Below, piece after piece: positions 9,135-18,775 of a stretch of 64,000 nucleotides of DNA. The stretch is from Chloropicon primus (taxonomy: Eukaryota). Numbering within the stretch: position 1 is the first letter of the stretch; every line of letters begins with the position of its first letter. The DNA lies in NCBI GenBank assembly GCA_023205875.1, contig CP060757.1:186001-250000 (forward strand), written 5' to 3'. Below the pieces are notes generated by a model. The model was not told where the DNA came from and did no database searches. It was given only the letters and a program-made list of their open reading frames with translations. Both the position numbers and the translations under genes were made by a program.

Positions 9135-12065
9135 ATGGGTGCGGAAGGGGTAGACGTGATGGACGTGTTCGCGTCACATCACGGGATGGATGCATGCGAG
9201 GACAAGGAGAACCCAGCAGCAGGTTGTCAAGGGATTGGAGGGAAGAGTCCCAGGGGACACAAGAGGAGTTCGTTGGATTGTGTGATGATGGGAGGGATGG
9301 CGAAGTCACCGGCAGGGAAGAGGAAGAAGCCCTTCGAGGTTTTGACGGACTCGGCGCTGAACAGTCCGCGTCCCAAGGCGGAGGCCAGGCAGCTGAAGGC
9401 GCTCAAGCCGGCCTCGGCTCTGGTGGTCGACCAGGAGGTGGACAACGACAACACGACGACGGACTCCATCTCAATTCTGGCGAGCAAGAAGAGCAAGAGG
9501 AGGAAGAGCATGGCGAGGAGGGTGAGCTTCGCTCCGGACCACTCGCTGAACAAGCTCTGCGTGTACGAGAGGGACCAGGACAAGTTCGCAGAGGACCAGG
9601 ACGAGGAGGGAGAAGCGGAGGTCAAGAGCAAGAAGACCAAGGAGGTGTTTGGTTTTGATACCAACAACATGTTCGCTGCGCTCCAGTCGCCTTCGGTGTC
9701 GGAGAGGAGCAACTCGAGCGTCGGCGTGAGCTTGAAGTCCACGGAGACTGTGAACTCCGAGCCCGACCTCGAGGAGGTGGACAGCAAGGTCCAAGCGGCG
9801 AACTCCCCGGCGGTTCCAGACAACGTGCAGAAGCTTGATTCTCTTGACACGGACACTTTTGATGGTGGAATCAAGGTCGTCATGAACTACCAGGACGACG
9901 ACACCGTCGGAATCACGTTCACGGGAGACCTTACTGGGTCCCTTCCCGGCCTGACGGACCTGGTGCAGGACGACGAACTGAACGAAGGTGGAATGACCGG
10001 AATGACCACGGATCCCCTTCCTTCCGAGGGCGGAGACACCATTAACCACACCACCAACCCTCTGCCAACAGATACACTGGATACCGTGCCAGGGGACACG
10101 CTCGATGTGCTTGAGAACGTGAACGAGCAGGAGGGGGGCAACACCACCAACTTGTTCGCCGAGACGATGACAGAGGAGATCGACATGGACGTCACCGGAA
10201 AGCTCCCAAACTTGTCGAGCCTGGTGGACCTGGACGAGGCCCAGGAAGTCGTTGAGGCTGCCGAACCCGAGGAGCTGAAGGATGCTCCCTCAGCCCCTGG
10301 CGATGGACTGGATTCGCCCGAGCTTCTGTCCGCGATCAACAGCCTCAACGAGAACGACGTGACAATGGACCTTACGGAGAACATCACCATGAACCTGCCA
10401 GAGCTTTCCAACCTCGTGCAGGAGGACGAATACCTCAACGAAAATGAAAACCTCGAAAAGGTTGGGGAGGGCTCAGGCACGCCTCTGCACGGGTCCGTGA
10501 GCCCTGATGGCCTGGTTGTCGGCTCCACTACAAAAAAGGAGGCTGAGGACACTACACAACAAGACATGCTCACTTCGGACACTATGTCGCATGACCAGAA
10601 GCAGAGGTGGGGATTCGAGCCTGGAGCAGTTGATACCCTGGAGATGGATTTGACCCAAAACGGAGCCAACTTGATGGGAGACAAGACGTTCCACGCCGTG
10701 TACAGGCACAGCATGGGTGGAAACACTCTGACAAACATGCCCAACATCAACGAAGAGGAGCAGAAGGCTGGTGGTGAGCACGTCGAGGAACAAGAGGACG
10801 GTCATGTCTTGACCTTCAACGAGTTTTTGCAAGAGGCAGATGTTCAATTCCTCGACTTTCTGAGGAGAGGGACGTCCTTCGGTGCAGCAGGACATCTTGA
10901 CAACTTCGAGGAACCCAAAGAGCTGATGGAGTGCATGGAACTTCTGTACTTGACGAGCCCTGAACTTGGCTTCCTAGAGAAGGGCTGTGCGATCCTCCAG
11001 GGCGATGTCCACCAGAGAAAGTTCCAGCTGTTAGACAAAGAGCGACACTTGAACTGCAAAGAGAACCAGCCAGCGATTTTCGACGCCATTCAGGATGCTA
11101 CAGGAGAAAAGCTGGTGAATTTGAAGTTCGATGTGCAGCAGCTGAAGAGGTGCTGCAGACAGCAGACTTCCCAGGCCTGGAAGGAGTGGCGGGCAAAGCT
11201 CGAAGGGAGGGCTCTTGGTGAGATGGAGAAGATCCTCGGAGTCTTGAACCAGGACCTCTCGAACTTGCAAGAGAACAAGAAGCACTTGGAAGACATGTTC
11301 TCCGAGTCCAGGAGCTTGACCGAGCACGTCGACCAGCAAGTCGAGAACATGCTCAAGGAAGCAAATGCTTTGAAGAGCAGCGAGGAAGAGTACACAACCC
11401 TGACGAGAGAGTGTGACGCTGTTCAAGGTCGGTGCGGCCAGCTTGATGAGATGTACAGCGAGTCTACCTCAAAGCTGGAGGGGCTTTCAGGCAAGAAAGA
11501 GTCTCTCATGCGAGAGCTGAAATCCCTTGAGGACCAGATGCAGCAAAAGAAAGCTCAATTGGATGCAAAGGGAGACCCTGACCAGGGCAGCAACAAGCAA
11601 TGCAGCTCATCAAAGGTAGAAGTCAGTGAATTGATGTGTGAGTGGGACATGCTTGTCTCGCTTGCGGGTGGTGAAGCCGCTTTAGAGTCGGTGAAGCAGA
11701 ACATGATGGCAAGTGGCAAGATGCACATGTCGGAGTGGCAGTCTACCCTGAGGCAATCCATCATATCGGACTTCTACAAGAAAGAGATGGAAAGGTGCAT
11801 GCAGAACCACATGGGCAACGTCATTGTGGAGAAGATGGCCGGGGACACGATTCAGATGCACGTCACAGACCCGTCGCAGGGTGCAAAAATCAGCTTGGTT
11901 GTATCCAGCATCTCACAGGGACAGGCTTCCACGCACGTGAACAGAAAGTCCTGCATCGCGCCAGCCGGAGTGGTGGATAAAATTGAAGGGGTCCTTTCAC
12001 AGCAGACAGGTTTCGCTCCCTTGTCTAAGCTGGCGACAAAAGTACTCGATTGCCTCTCGCAGTAA
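9135..12065 (+). CDS. KNL1: Kinetochore scaffold KNL1/Spc105/Spc7
   Basis: SILK-like SILA followed by RRVSF (PP1 motif); disordered acidic region with MDVT/MDLT MELT-like motifs; FNEFLQEADVQFLD and W..WR of the Spc7 domain; coiled coil and C-terminal folded region. Confidence 0.85.
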   Translation: MGAEGVDVMDVFASHHGMDACEDKENPAAGCQGIGGKSPRGHKRSSLDCVMMGGMAKSPAGKRKKPFEVLTDSALNSPRPKAEARQLKALKPASALVVDQEVDNDNTTTDSISILASKKSKRRKSMARRVSFAPDHSLNKLCVYERDQDKFAEDQDEEGEAEVKSKKTKEVFGFDTNNMFAALQSPSVSERSNSSVGVSLKSTETVNSEPDLEEVDSKVQAANSPAVPDNVQKLDSLDTDTFDGGIKVVMNYQDDDTVGITFTGDLTGSLPGLTDLVQDDELNEGGMTGMTTDPLPSEGGDTINHTTNPLPTDTLDTVPGDTLDVLENVNEQEGGNTTNLFAETMTEEIDMDVTGKLPNLSSLVDLDEAQEVVEAAEPEELKDAPSAPGDGLDSPELLSAINSLNENDVTMDLTENITMNLPELSNLVQEDEYLNENENLEKVGEGSGTPLHGSVSPDGLVVGSTTKKEAEDTTQQDMLTSDTMSHDQKQRWGFEPGAVDTLEMDLTQNGANLMGDKTFHAVYRHSMGGNTLTNMPNINEEEQKAGGEHVEEQEDGHVLTFNEFLQEADVQFLDFLRRGTSFGAAGHLDNFEEPKELMECMELLYLTSPELGFLEKGCAILQGDVHQRKFQLLDKERHLNCKENQPAIFDAIQDATGEKLVNLKFDVQQLKRCCRQQTSQAWKEWRAKLEGRALGEMEKILGVLNQDLSNLQENKKHLEDMFSESRSLTEHVDQQVENMLKEANALKSSEEEYTTLTRECDAVQGRCGQLDEMYSESTSKLEGLSGKKESLMRELKSLEDQMQQKKAQLDAKGDPDQGSNKQCSSSKVEVSELMCEWDMLVSLAGGEAALESVKQNMMASGKMHMSEWQSTLRQSIISDFYKKEMERCMQNHMGNVIVEKMAGDTIQMHVTDPSQGAKISLVVSSISQGQASTHVNRKSCIAPAGVVDKIEGVLSQQTGFAPLSKLATKVLDCLSQ

Positions 12066-12108
12066 AAAAAAACTTCTTTGTAAACTGATTTTGTAAACAA
12101 TGATCACT

Positions 12109-13415
12109 TTAGTGATACGTCCCTATCTCATTGATCTGCTGAAGAACGATGACTTTCTCGCTCTTGAACTGCTCGTTATCCCTATTGTTGTGAAAGTTCT
12201 CCAAATAGCTTATCAGCTTCTTGTGGTTCCTACTGAGAATATCGAGAATGCCCTGCGTCTTGTCAGGGTTGGCCACAAACACCTTGAAGACGTGAAAGGC
12301 TTCGTATTGGATCGAAGGAGCCTTGTCTCTCAGCAAGTTCATCATCAGCATCAGGTTCTTCGGATCGTTGATGTACTTGAGCATGCTTCCCTGCAAGTGT
12401 TCCAGGAGCAACTTCCCAAGAAGCCCCAAACCCAGTTTCTTCGTCATGTACGCCTCACTCATTAACAGCTTCGTGTACTCCTCAATGACCCTATCATACT
12501 TATCTACCAGAAGCTGCGAGGTCACCTCGTTATGCTTCAGCAGCAACTCTCTCAGAGTGTCGAACACGTCACTCTGCACGGAGAACTCGGCGCACTCGGC
12601 GTACTCGAACAAATTCCACAAAACCCTTCCGGGCTCTAAAACCATTATCTTACACAGCTCCACGCTCCTGCTGCATTCCCTGTTCCAGCCAAGCAAGCGA
12701 GCAAGGAAAGAGCGAAAAGTGTCAGGGACTAGAAAACCTTGCGGCGACCCCCGCGTGACTCTCACCTTAGAATGTTGCCGCAGTGAAGCGCGGTACTATC
12801 GTCCTGGAAACCTGCGCTCAGTATGTCGAAAATGTCCTGGTTCTCCTTCAGGTACTCGACGCCTGGCCTCGTCAAAGAGTCGGCTGAGGTGTAGGCCACG
12901 GCGGTATTGATGCAAGTCGTAATGTCCTTGCAAACCTCCAGGTTCAACTGCGTCAGTGCCAAACACAAGCCCTTTATCAGACCCTGGTTGCACATCTCCT
13001 CCACAGCAGCCGCGCAGTCCTTCGGGTACGATGCTCCGGCACCCTCCGCGCTCGTACTCGCCGCACCGCTCCCTTTCGCCCGTCCGTTCCCATCCTTGTC
13101 GCCCTCCTTGTCCCCCGACGCCACCTTGGCGTCAATACTTTCGTCGCCCAAGAGCATCTTCCTCAGTTGGCCCAAGTGTTTCGCTGCTTTGTGCGTCGAC
13201 ACATCCCCTCCTGGACTCTTCCCTGACAAAACTTTCGGCTTCACGAACGCAAGCTTCTTCGAAGCCTTTCCCCCTTGACCTTCCCTCGCCGTCGTCGCCG
13301 TCGCCGTCGTCGTCGTCGTTGCGAGATCGATCCCTTCGATCCCTCGGAGGTCCGTCCATATCTGCTTCACGAGCTCAGGCGGCGTCCGCGTTTTGTGTTT
13401 GAAAAGAAACGCCAT
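12109..13415 (-). CDS. MO25: MO25/CAB39 family protein; exons 13415-12766 and 12679-12109
   Basis: MAFLFKHKTRTPPELVK, ALHCGNILREC, IQYEAFHVFKVFVANP; intron 12765-12680 joins the two ORFs in frame. Confidence 0.93.
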
Positions 13416-13870
13416 GATGGAAAGACACGATGGAAGACAAGACCTTCTCTTCGAGGTCCGCACGTCCTCGACCAATACCTCCCGCGGCCCGTACGCTTGC
13501 GCACCTTACCCCCTCAAGTGCCCTCTCTCGCCGTTGTGCCCTTCGCTGTGAAACTGAAACCTCACAAGAGAGAGAACCAGGAGAGAGAGAGAGAACCAGG
13601 AGAGAGAGAGGGAGGAAAGGTGGGAGGAGGATGCCATGGATGCCATGGATGGAAGAGAGGTATATTTTGTCTCTCTATCGATCGGGAGAGGCCCTTCGTT
13701 TTCGTTTTCGATAAAGTGTAATCGAAAGAATCACAAGCTGTTGTTAGTTTCAAAAAAAAGCGGGGCTGGGTGTGATAATGTTACAAAAATAAACGGAGAA
13801 GGTGCTTGTCCACAAAGATAGGCACGTGCCGGCGACAAGACTTCTCCTCGCCAACGCAAGTCTCGGCTTC

Positions 13871-14812
13871 CTAGACCAAAAATCGAAGGATACCCAGCGT
13901 CACCGCACCAGCCGACACGAGAAGACCGATGCTGTACTTGATCAGCTCGTTCTTGTTTGCCTCGATGCCCGTCCTTATGTTGTTCAAGTCCTTGTGGAGC
14001 TGAGTCTCTATCGTTTGGACGTTGTGGCTCATGGCCTGAAGCTCGTCCCGAAGCCTTCCTTTCTCGAGGTTCAGGTCAAGCCTTTGAGAGGAGATCAGCT
14101 TGTCAAGCTCTGTCGACGCGAAGGATGAGGAAAGCAGTTTGGCCGTCGTGGTCAGCGGTCGCCCTCCCGCACCGGTGCGAGCGCAAGCAGAAAAACTCTC
14201 ACGTTTTCCACTCACCATATCTAATTTCTGTCCTCAGCTTCGACAGCTCGTCCTTGGCCCCCTCAATTTCTTTCTGCAGGCTGTCCAGCTGCAGCTCTTG
14301 CGTCTTGAGGATCTCGCTCTTGAAGCCCTTCATCTCGTCCCCCAACTGTCCGCTGAGCTTCTCCAGGTACGCCTGCGCAGGCGGGAGATTGCGCGCGAGT
14401 CAGGTACGCCGGCGCGCAGAAGCAGTGGAGGAACACAGCAGCAAAGTGAAAGAGACTGAGGATAACAACTCACCTGGCTCGCGAACTTGGCGGAGAATTG
14501 GTTGGATGTCTGAAGTATGAGCTTCGTGATGTGGCGAGTCAGCTCGTCCGCCTCCGCACGCTTCATCCCTGACCTCTCGAACCCTCTCATCACCTCCAGC
14601 GTGTCTATCAAGAGCCCTTCCTCCACGGCCTCCTTGCTGCTCGAGGAGTACCCCACTTTGCTCTGGCACCCCGAGACCGAGTCCAACCCTCCAGGGAAGC
14701 GTAAGCTCGACAGGACTCCGAACTTGCTCTGCAGAGGCGAACCTAACCTCAGAGACCTCACCTGCCTCCTCAGAAGGTTCCCCGCCTCACCACTCATCAC
14801 CTGCCTCCACAT
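13871..14812 (-). CDS. Mitochondrial DUF1640 coiled-coil membrane protein (CCDC90/MCUR1/FMP32-like); exons 14812-14474, 14372-14216, 14109-13871
   Basis: Presequence-like N-terminus, LIDTLEVMRGFE, YELDKLISSQRLDLNLEKGRLRDE, KNELIKY followed by a C-terminal TM; two consistent GT-AG introns. Confidence 0.85.
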
Positions 14813-14926
14813 GCCAACCCCCTTTCCCTCCCTCCCTCTCCCTCTGCTCCCTCTCTGTCTCCTCACCTCAAGCTTGTCCCTACCCTGCACGCCACTCTGC
14901 ACGCCCCTTCTCCCAACACGAGCCCT

Positions 14927-14964
14927 CAAATCCGTCAACCAAGGTATCAATGGAAAGCTCGCGA
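14927..14964 (-). promoter_or_regulatory. Recurrent oriented upstream motif (exemplar copy TCGCGAGCTTTCCATTGATACCTTGGTTGACGGATTTG)
   Basis: Related copies at 2968, 3154, 15204, 15391, 24867, 25048, 25324, 27801, 28140, 45571, 45863, 46052, 47871, 48174, 49771. Regulatory role is inferred from position and orientation only. Confidence 0.65.
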
Positions 14965-15095
14965 AACGCACTTTCGCGTGGATAACCTTTACCTCTCCCC
15001 TTCGGTCCTCTCACTCGTCCACGAGCTCACGACGTCTCTCCGCGCGCCCTGTTCTCGTCGCCCTCGAACGACCTTCTCTGTCGCTTAGTGAGAAG

Positions 15096-15430
15096 ATTGA
15101 TTGCTCGTGAGGGAAGTGGAGGAGTGGACCGCAATCAGCGAGGATTTTAGCAACGAGGACGGGAGAGATAGCGCGCGTCAAGGGTACCACGCAAAATTTC
15201 GTCTCGCGAGCTTTCCATTGGTACCTTGGTTGAAGGCAACGGCAAAGGATTGACCCGAGGGGACGCCATCTGAGCGAGATTGGTTGATTGCTCGTGAGGG
15301 AAGTGGAGGAGTGGACCGCAATCAGCGAGGATTTTAGCAACGAGGACGGGAGAGGAGGGAAGAGGAGGACCGTCAGGCGGAAGATTCATCTCGCGATCTT
15401 TCCATTGGTGCCTTGGTTGAAGGCATCGAA
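15096..15430. repeat. Direct duplication with ~187-bp period in the DUF1640/Mago divergent promoter
   Basis: A ~70-bp block TTGATTGCTCGTGAGGGAAGTGG...GGACGGGAGA occurs at ~15098 and ~15285; the promoter motif occurs at 15204 and 15391. Confidence 0.9.
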
Positions 15431-15509
15431 CAAGAAACAGATTGGTAGTGGAGGGTTCAGCAGCAGCATCCAGCATCCAGCAGGGAGAGAGAGAGAGAGA
15501 GAGAGAGAG

Positions 15510-16206
15510 ATGGGGGGGTTTTCCTTGAGGTACTACAGCGGACAGGATGGTCGGTTCGGACACGAGTACGTTGGTAAGTGTGGAGAAGTGCGCGAGTGAG
15601 AGAGAGATGGTCTCGTGAACGAAAGCAAGGAGGCGATGGTTGCTGACTGTTCCGACAACGCCTTGCCTTGCTCTGTTCTGTCCATTCCATCCACGACAGA
15701 GTTCGAGATCAGCACGAACGGAAGGCTTCGGTACGTGAATAGCACAAACTGTAAGTCTGGATTGAATCAAAGAGAGAGAGAGAGAGAGAGAGAACGAAGT
15801 CATACCTGACACAACATTCTCCTCCCCCTTTCCTTTGTTGTTGACTTGACTTGCCTTGCCTCTTTGCCAATGCCGCGCAGACAAAGGGGAGAGGGACATC
15901 AGGAAGGAGTTCTGCGTTACGACACAAGTCTTGCAGGAGATGGAGCGAATCGTCAGGGACAGTCAGATCCTGCGGGAGGAGGACAAGGACTGGCCCCAGC
16001 CCAACCGAGACGGGAAGCAGAACCTCGAGATTCACGTTGAAGGGAAACGATATTGCTATGTGACCTGCAAGCTTGGAACGCTGTCCGAAGTTGAGAAGTG
16101 CAGCAAGGATCCAGAGGCCTTGAAGGCGTTCTATTACCTCGTCCAGGATTTGAAGAGCATGGTGTTATCCCTGATCAACGTGCACTTCAAAGTGAAACCG
16201 ATTTGA
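15510..16206 (+). CDS. MAGO: Mago nashi (exon junction complex) homolog, divergent; exons 15510-15573, 15700-15750, 15881-16206
   Basis: Spliced product FSLRYYSGQDGRFGHEYVEFE...LRYVNSTNYK...DPEALKAFYYLVQDLK...HFKVKPI is colinear with Mago. Confidence 0.92.
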
Positions 16207-16365
16207 GGGTGGCGTAGAGCGGCGAGGACCGAGAGGACGGGGACGGTCCGCACGTTCACCGTGACGCGTTTTGAAAAAGATGGTGTATTATGTATTGTAC
16301 AAAGAAGAAACGAAGGACACTTTCTCGCTTGACCTCTCTCCGGACGACGTGCCCCCGGGGGGAGG

Positions 16366-16781
16366 CTAGAACCTAGACAGGTGGGAGAACGAGTACCCCT
16401 TGATGGCAACCAGAGGCGGAACAGGCAAGGGGGGAGCTTTAGTACACAACAGGGTCCAGGGAAGGAACAAGACTATTTGCGGGAGGCGTCGAAAAACAGG
16501 GAGGGGGTCTTCTTTCTTACCTGCTTCTTTCTCACGCTAAGGTACACGATCCTCGAGTGGTACGCTCCCGGGATGACAAGTATGGCGCCCAAAACCAGGC
16601 TGCCCAGCCAGTGGCTTTGTCTCTCGTCCTTGAGGAGAAGAACGAAACCAGTTACGAGCAGCCCTAGACCGAAGAACAAGAGCCAAAACGACAGCAAGAT
16701 CTGCTTGTAGTAACTTTGTTTGCAGCCAAATACAGGTCATGTCAGTCGACATCCGTGCCTGTCCATCCTCTCACTCGAATT

Positions 16782-16817
<36 letters not shown>

Positions 16818-17050
16818 TCTGTCCCTCTCTTTCTTTCGGGTACCTGTCCATTCTCTCACTCGGATCACGCACTCTCTCTCCCTCTCTCTCTTTCTGTCCC
16901 TCTCTTTCTTTCGGGTACTTACTGTCTCAAAGGCTTTTCGAAGACCACTTCCCTCTGCAACAGCGTTGGCTCGTTCAGCGTCTCCAAGCTCGGCCTCCTC
17001 GAAGAGTTCAGCTTCGACTCGAGGACCACGTCCTTCATGTCCTCGTCCAT
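16366..17050 (-). CDS. TMEM230/DUF872-like two-TM protein; exons 17050-16923, 16713-16521, 16398-16366
   Basis: Two TM segments, IPGAYHSRIVY motif and spliced tail KKQGYSFSHLSRF, resembling the family's PGxYH...GYS pattern. Confidence 0.75.
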
Positions 17051-17396
17051 CACGCCCTGCTCTCTTCCTCTCTCTCTCTGTCCCCTCTTCTCGATGACCT
17101 CTTCTCGTGGTCGTCAAATCCTCACCAGAGCGTCGTTTCTTTCCACAAGAGGCTCTGCCAAAAGGAAAAGAGACGATCTTTCAGCTTATTTCCCGTCTCT
17201 TGCCTCTGCCTCCTGTCTTGGCGTCTCAAACCCCGCCGCACCTCCGCTGTCCTCGTCTCCCCTCCAATCCTCTGCACAAAACCATTGGACAGCGAAAGGA
17301 CCTCGCCGTACACCCAATAATAGACTCAATCGTAACGGCTGAGCTGAGGGTAACGGTTTTCGAAAACCCTTTCGCTTTCGGGGCAGATCGCGAACG

Positions 17397-18197
17397 ATGG
17401 AGAAGGGACGGCGACTCGTGAGGACGGGGAGGAGGCAGGGAGGCGGGATGGTTGCGGCATCGTCGTCGTCGTCGTCGTCGTTTACGCCACTGTTGCCTCG
17501 TTGTCGGCTTGCGTGGTCCGTGGTCTTTGGATTTTTCTTCTTCTTCTTCTCCGCGAGGTTTGCGGGTGTAGAGGGGATGTCGTTCGACATGCAGTACCAG
17601 ACCAAGTGCTTGTTCCAGGACATCGAGAACGGGCAGGCGTCGACGATCGAGTGGAGGTCGATCAGCAAGAGCAGCAGCGACCGGCACATGAGGGAGCACT
17701 CGAACGTTTTCTCCGAGGAGGACGCCGACGAGGTCCCCCTGAACGTCGTGGTGACCTCCCCGGTGCCTCGCTCGAAGCCTCTGGAGAACTTCTTGAACCA
17801 GGCGGGGGGCAAGGTTTACATCAATGCCGACCACGGCGAGGCGGAGGGGTCCTACAAGATCTGCTTCACCGCGAAAGACACCGCCACGGCCCAGGACGTG
17901 AAGCTTTTGGTGGATTGGCGCGTGGGCGCGCTCGCCCAGGACTGGGAGGTCCTCGCCAAGAAGGAGCACATCGATCACATCTCCGTGGAGCTCAAAAAGT
18001 ACGAGGACCTGGTCAAGGAAATGAGGCAGGAGATGCTCCACATGAAAAAGGTGGACAAGGTTGGGTACCAAACCAGGGAGACCGCGCACAAGAGGGTAGA
18101 ATTCTACAGTTTTTTTGCGATGATCGTCTGCATCGGCTTCACCGTTGGGCAGTACTTCTTCTTGAAAAAGTTCTTCAAGAACAAAAAGCTGTTGTGA
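17397..18197 (+). CDS. p24/emp24/TMED cargo receptor (delta/TMED10-like); true start may be 17448
   Basis: Signal peptide, GOLD domain with two Cys, DW..LAKKEH, coiled coil, TM and FFKNKKLL dilysine tail. Confidence 0.88.
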   Translation: MEKGRRLVRTGRRQGGGMVAASSSSSSSFTPLLPRCRLAWSVVFGFFFFFFSARFAGVEGMSFDMQYQTKCLFQDIENGQASTIEWRSISKSSSDRHMREHSNVFSEEDADEVPLNVVVTSPVPRSKPLENFLNQAGGKVYINADHGEAEGSYKICFTAKDTATAQDVKLLVDWRVGALAQDWEVLAKKEHIDHISVELKKYEDLVKEMRQEMLHMKKVDKVGYQTRETAHKRVEFYSFFAMIVCIGFTVGQYFFLKKFFKNKKLL

Positions 18198-18775
18198 TCT
18201 CGCGCGGGGGTGCATGGAAAGCAAAAGAAGCTTTTGCCCGGGGACTCTAAAATGTTTGTTTTTTTTCTCGTCGTAGCAACTGCAAACAACCACAAATACC
18301 GATACACCTTTTTCGGCGATACCAGTCGGAGCCCGAAACTTTCGCGAGGCGTGGTTTCCGCACTGCTCTTCAACAAAAGTCTTTATTCCGTTCTTCACGC
18401 CTTCCAACCTCCGTTCTCTCTCTCTCTCTCTCCTGACACGGAAACTTTCGCATCGATCATCGATGCAGCGCCGCGTTTGAGCTCTTGTCACACACAGACA
18501 GAGCAGCAGCAGAGGCAGAGAGAGAGAGAGAGAGAGAGAGCAGATCAAGACAAGTCCAAGCCTACGGAATTGTCTTCTTCCGCATCCAATACTCAGCAGA
18601 GGTGTTATACTCTCCATGCCCTCCCCCTTCCCCCTCTCTTGGATCGGATCTTTCGTCCGAGCCGCGTTTGAATTTTCTTGATGACAGAGAGGGCGAGTGA
18701 AGGGATCGAGCGTCGTTGTCGTCCAGCCATGGTAAAGGACAACAGCAAGATAGACTCGACCACCACCACCTAACG

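Noticed and set aside
8473..9658. ORFs translating the minisatellite (8473..9309, 8534..9658, 8554..8985)
   Set aside because: Low-complexity products of a stop-poor repeat in a promoter region.
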